Below are positions 62,805-64,000 of a stretch of DNA of 64,000 bases, piece after piece. The first letter of the stretch is position 1. Each line of letters begins with the position of its first letter. Under the pieces are notes generated by a model. The model ran no database searches. It had not been told where the DNA came from and saw nothing but the letters and a program-made list of their open reading frames with translations. A program made the translations under genes and the position numbers. This stretch comes from an uncultured Planctomycetia bacterium. GTDB taxonomy: Bacteria > Omnitrophota > Gorgyraeia > CAYVEO01. Where the stretch lies: assembly GCA_964449965.1 (NCBI GenBank), contig CAYVEO010000006.1, positions 308 to 64,307 on the forward strand, read 5' to 3'.

Positions 62805-63656
62805 ATGGATAAGAGGAAGATAGAAGAAAATATTTTTAAAACTCTGATGATATTCTCTACATCTATAGTTGTAGGGAGTTTAATCCTTATTTTAGTAACC
62901 ATATTCTTAAAAGGCTTTCCCGCCTTAAATTTGGATATGCTTATTAAGACACCTAAAGGTGGTTATTATTTAGGTAAAGAAGGAGGGATACTCAATGCCA
63001 TTTTGGGTTCAATTGTGTTAGGAATAGGGGCTACTCTCTTAGCACTTATGGTTGGTCTTCCCCTGGTTTTTTATTTAAATCTATATTTAAAAAGAAATTC
63101 AAAGTTTGCTTTCTGGGTACGATTTTTTCTGGATGTCCTCTGGGGAATACCTTCTATTGTTTATGGCGCATTTGGTTTTATAGTGATGGTTTTCTTTGGT
63201 CTTAGAGCATCACTTTTAGCTGGAATAATTACAGTAGCATTACTAATACTTCCTCTTATAGCAAGAAGTATAGATGAAGTTTTAAAGATGATTTCACAAG
63301 AATTAAAAGAGGCATCTTATGCCTTAGGTGCAACGAAATTAGAAACTGCAGTCAAGGTAGTTTTTAAGCAGGCGTTACCTGGTATATTGACATCTATATT
63401 AATTGCTTTTGGCCGTGGTGTCGGTGATGCCGCCGCGGTCTTATTTACAGCAAGTTTTACTGATTCTCTGCCATATTCTTTATTTAAGCCAGTGGCGACT
63501 TTACCTTTAGCAATATTTTTTCAATTGGGCACACCATTTCCTGAGGTTCAAGCACGCGGTTATGCCTCAGCCCTGATATTAACAGCACTAATTTTATTTA
63601 TAAGCATATTATCAAGGATTTTGTCCAAAAAATTTACCAAGCATGTAATCAAATAG
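62805..63656 (+). CDS. pstA: phosphate ABC transporter permease PstA (start at 62805 with GGGGAG RBS preferred over 62760)
   Basis: Six TM helices. [26 protein letters not shown] permease signature. Paralogous to PstC. Confidence 0.85.
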   Translation: MDKRKIEENIFKTLMIFSTSIVVGSLILILVTIFLKGFPALNLDMLIKTPKGGYYLGKEGGILNAILGSIVLGIGATLLALMVGLPLVFYLNLYLKRNSKFAFWVRFFLDVLWGIPSIVYGAFGFIVMVFFGLRASLLAGIITVALLILPLIARSIDEVLKMISQELKEASYALGATKLETAVKVVFKQALPGILTSILIAFGRGVGDAAAVLFTASFTDSLPYSLFKPVATLPLAIFFQLGTPFPEVQARGYASALILTALILFISILSRILSKKFTKHVIK

Positions 63657-63666
63657 GGGGGGCATT

Positions 63667-64000
63667 ATGGAATTTAAAACGCATATCAGCATTAAGAATC
63701 TAAGCGTAACTTATGGTCAACACCAGGCATTAAATAACATTACTATTGATATCCCCGATAAAAGGATAACTGCAATAATCGGCCCATCCGGCTGCGGTAA
63801 GACAACACTGCTTAAGTCTTTTAATCGTCTGATTGACCTGCAAGATGGAGTGAGGGTAAGCGGAAAAGTGTTAGTGGATGGCGAAGATATTTATGCTCCC
63901 AAAGTAGAAGTAACACATTTAAGAAAAAAGATGGGATATCTTTCACAAAGACCTCAGGTTCTGCCTATGTCTATTTACGATAACGTGGCTTATGGACCAA
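63667..64000 (+). CDS. pstB: phosphate ABC transporter ATP-binding protein PstB, N-terminal part (continues beyond the window)
   Basis: Walker [10 protein letters not shown]. The N-terminal part matches the PstB family ([15 protein letters not shown]...). Confidence 0.85.
   Translation, partial: MEFKTHISIKNLSVTYGQHQALNNITIDIPDKRITAIIGPSGCGKTTLLKSFNRLIDLQDGVRVSGKVLVDGEDIYAPKVEVTHLRKKMGYLSQRPQVLPMSIYDNVAYGP

Noticed and set aside
1-64000. tRNA, rRNA, tmRNA or prophage/integrase signatures
   Set aside because: No cloverleaf-compatible segments or integrase/terminase-like ORFs were seen. The only mobile element recognised is the IS3 copy.

Overview
This 64-kb window comes from an AT-rich (about 40% GC by eye) genome of an anaerobic, multiheme-cytochrome-rich bacterium. 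Almost every gene is on the + strand and genes are tightly packed. The gene content (system II CcsBA cytochrome c maturation, a Rieske/cyt b6 complex wired to several c-type cytochromes, NHL propellers, many sigma-54 regulators) suggests an anammox-type Planctomycetota or a Desulfobacterota/Nitrospirota-like organism; I cannot discriminate between these from sequence alone.

Content from 5' to 3':
(1) The end of a Rieske/cyt b6/subunit IV operon with three c-type cytochromes and a CcsB-CcsA maturation pair (1-6301).
(2) A giant cytochrome of about 42 hemes, followed by a heme-c sensor kinase and a sigma-54 response regulator controlling an NHL propeller gene (6749-13751).
(3) A toxin-antitoxin-like pair (13818-14692).
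(4) A sigma-54-driven cluster of a REC-only regulator, three multiheme cytochromes and an NHL propeller, followed by a second CcsB-CcsA pair (14913-21605).
(5) A membrane protein, an FGE-domain protein, a B12-radical SAM protein, an NHL/outer-membrane fusion protein and tandem lipoproteins (21609-29291).
(6) Two paralogous modules: sigma-54 regulator, then sigma-54 promoter, then outer-membrane beta-barrel, then lipoprotein multiheme cytochromes. The first (30561-36293) has a decayed regulator gene. The second (38492-50754) is intact and carries a PhnD/AioX-like binding protein, a kinase and a sigma-54 regulator. It continues into a Tat-exported Cys-type molybdopterin oxidoreductase with an FeS subunit, a TorD-like chaperone and an extra FeS protein.
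(7) moaA behind a strong promoter and a candidate Moco riboswitch, a MOT1-like molybdate transporter, and a divergent arsR-acr3 pair (50751-54523).
(8) A small accessory island: a DUF4143 ATPase, two unknown proteins, an Rrf2 regulator and an IS3-family insertion that appears to split a sigma-factor-like gene (54683-59464).
(9) A Cys/Met-rich micro-ORF with a terminator immediately upstream of a phosphate-porin-pstSCAB operon, which runs off the 3' edge.

The most interesting candidate system is the three-component (periplasmic binder, kinase, sigma-54 regulator) sigma-54-controlled locus coupling a molybdoenzyme without a membrane anchor to a porin-cytochrome-like module next to arsenic resistance genes. 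The recurring pairing of NHL propellers with multiheme cytochromes is also notable.
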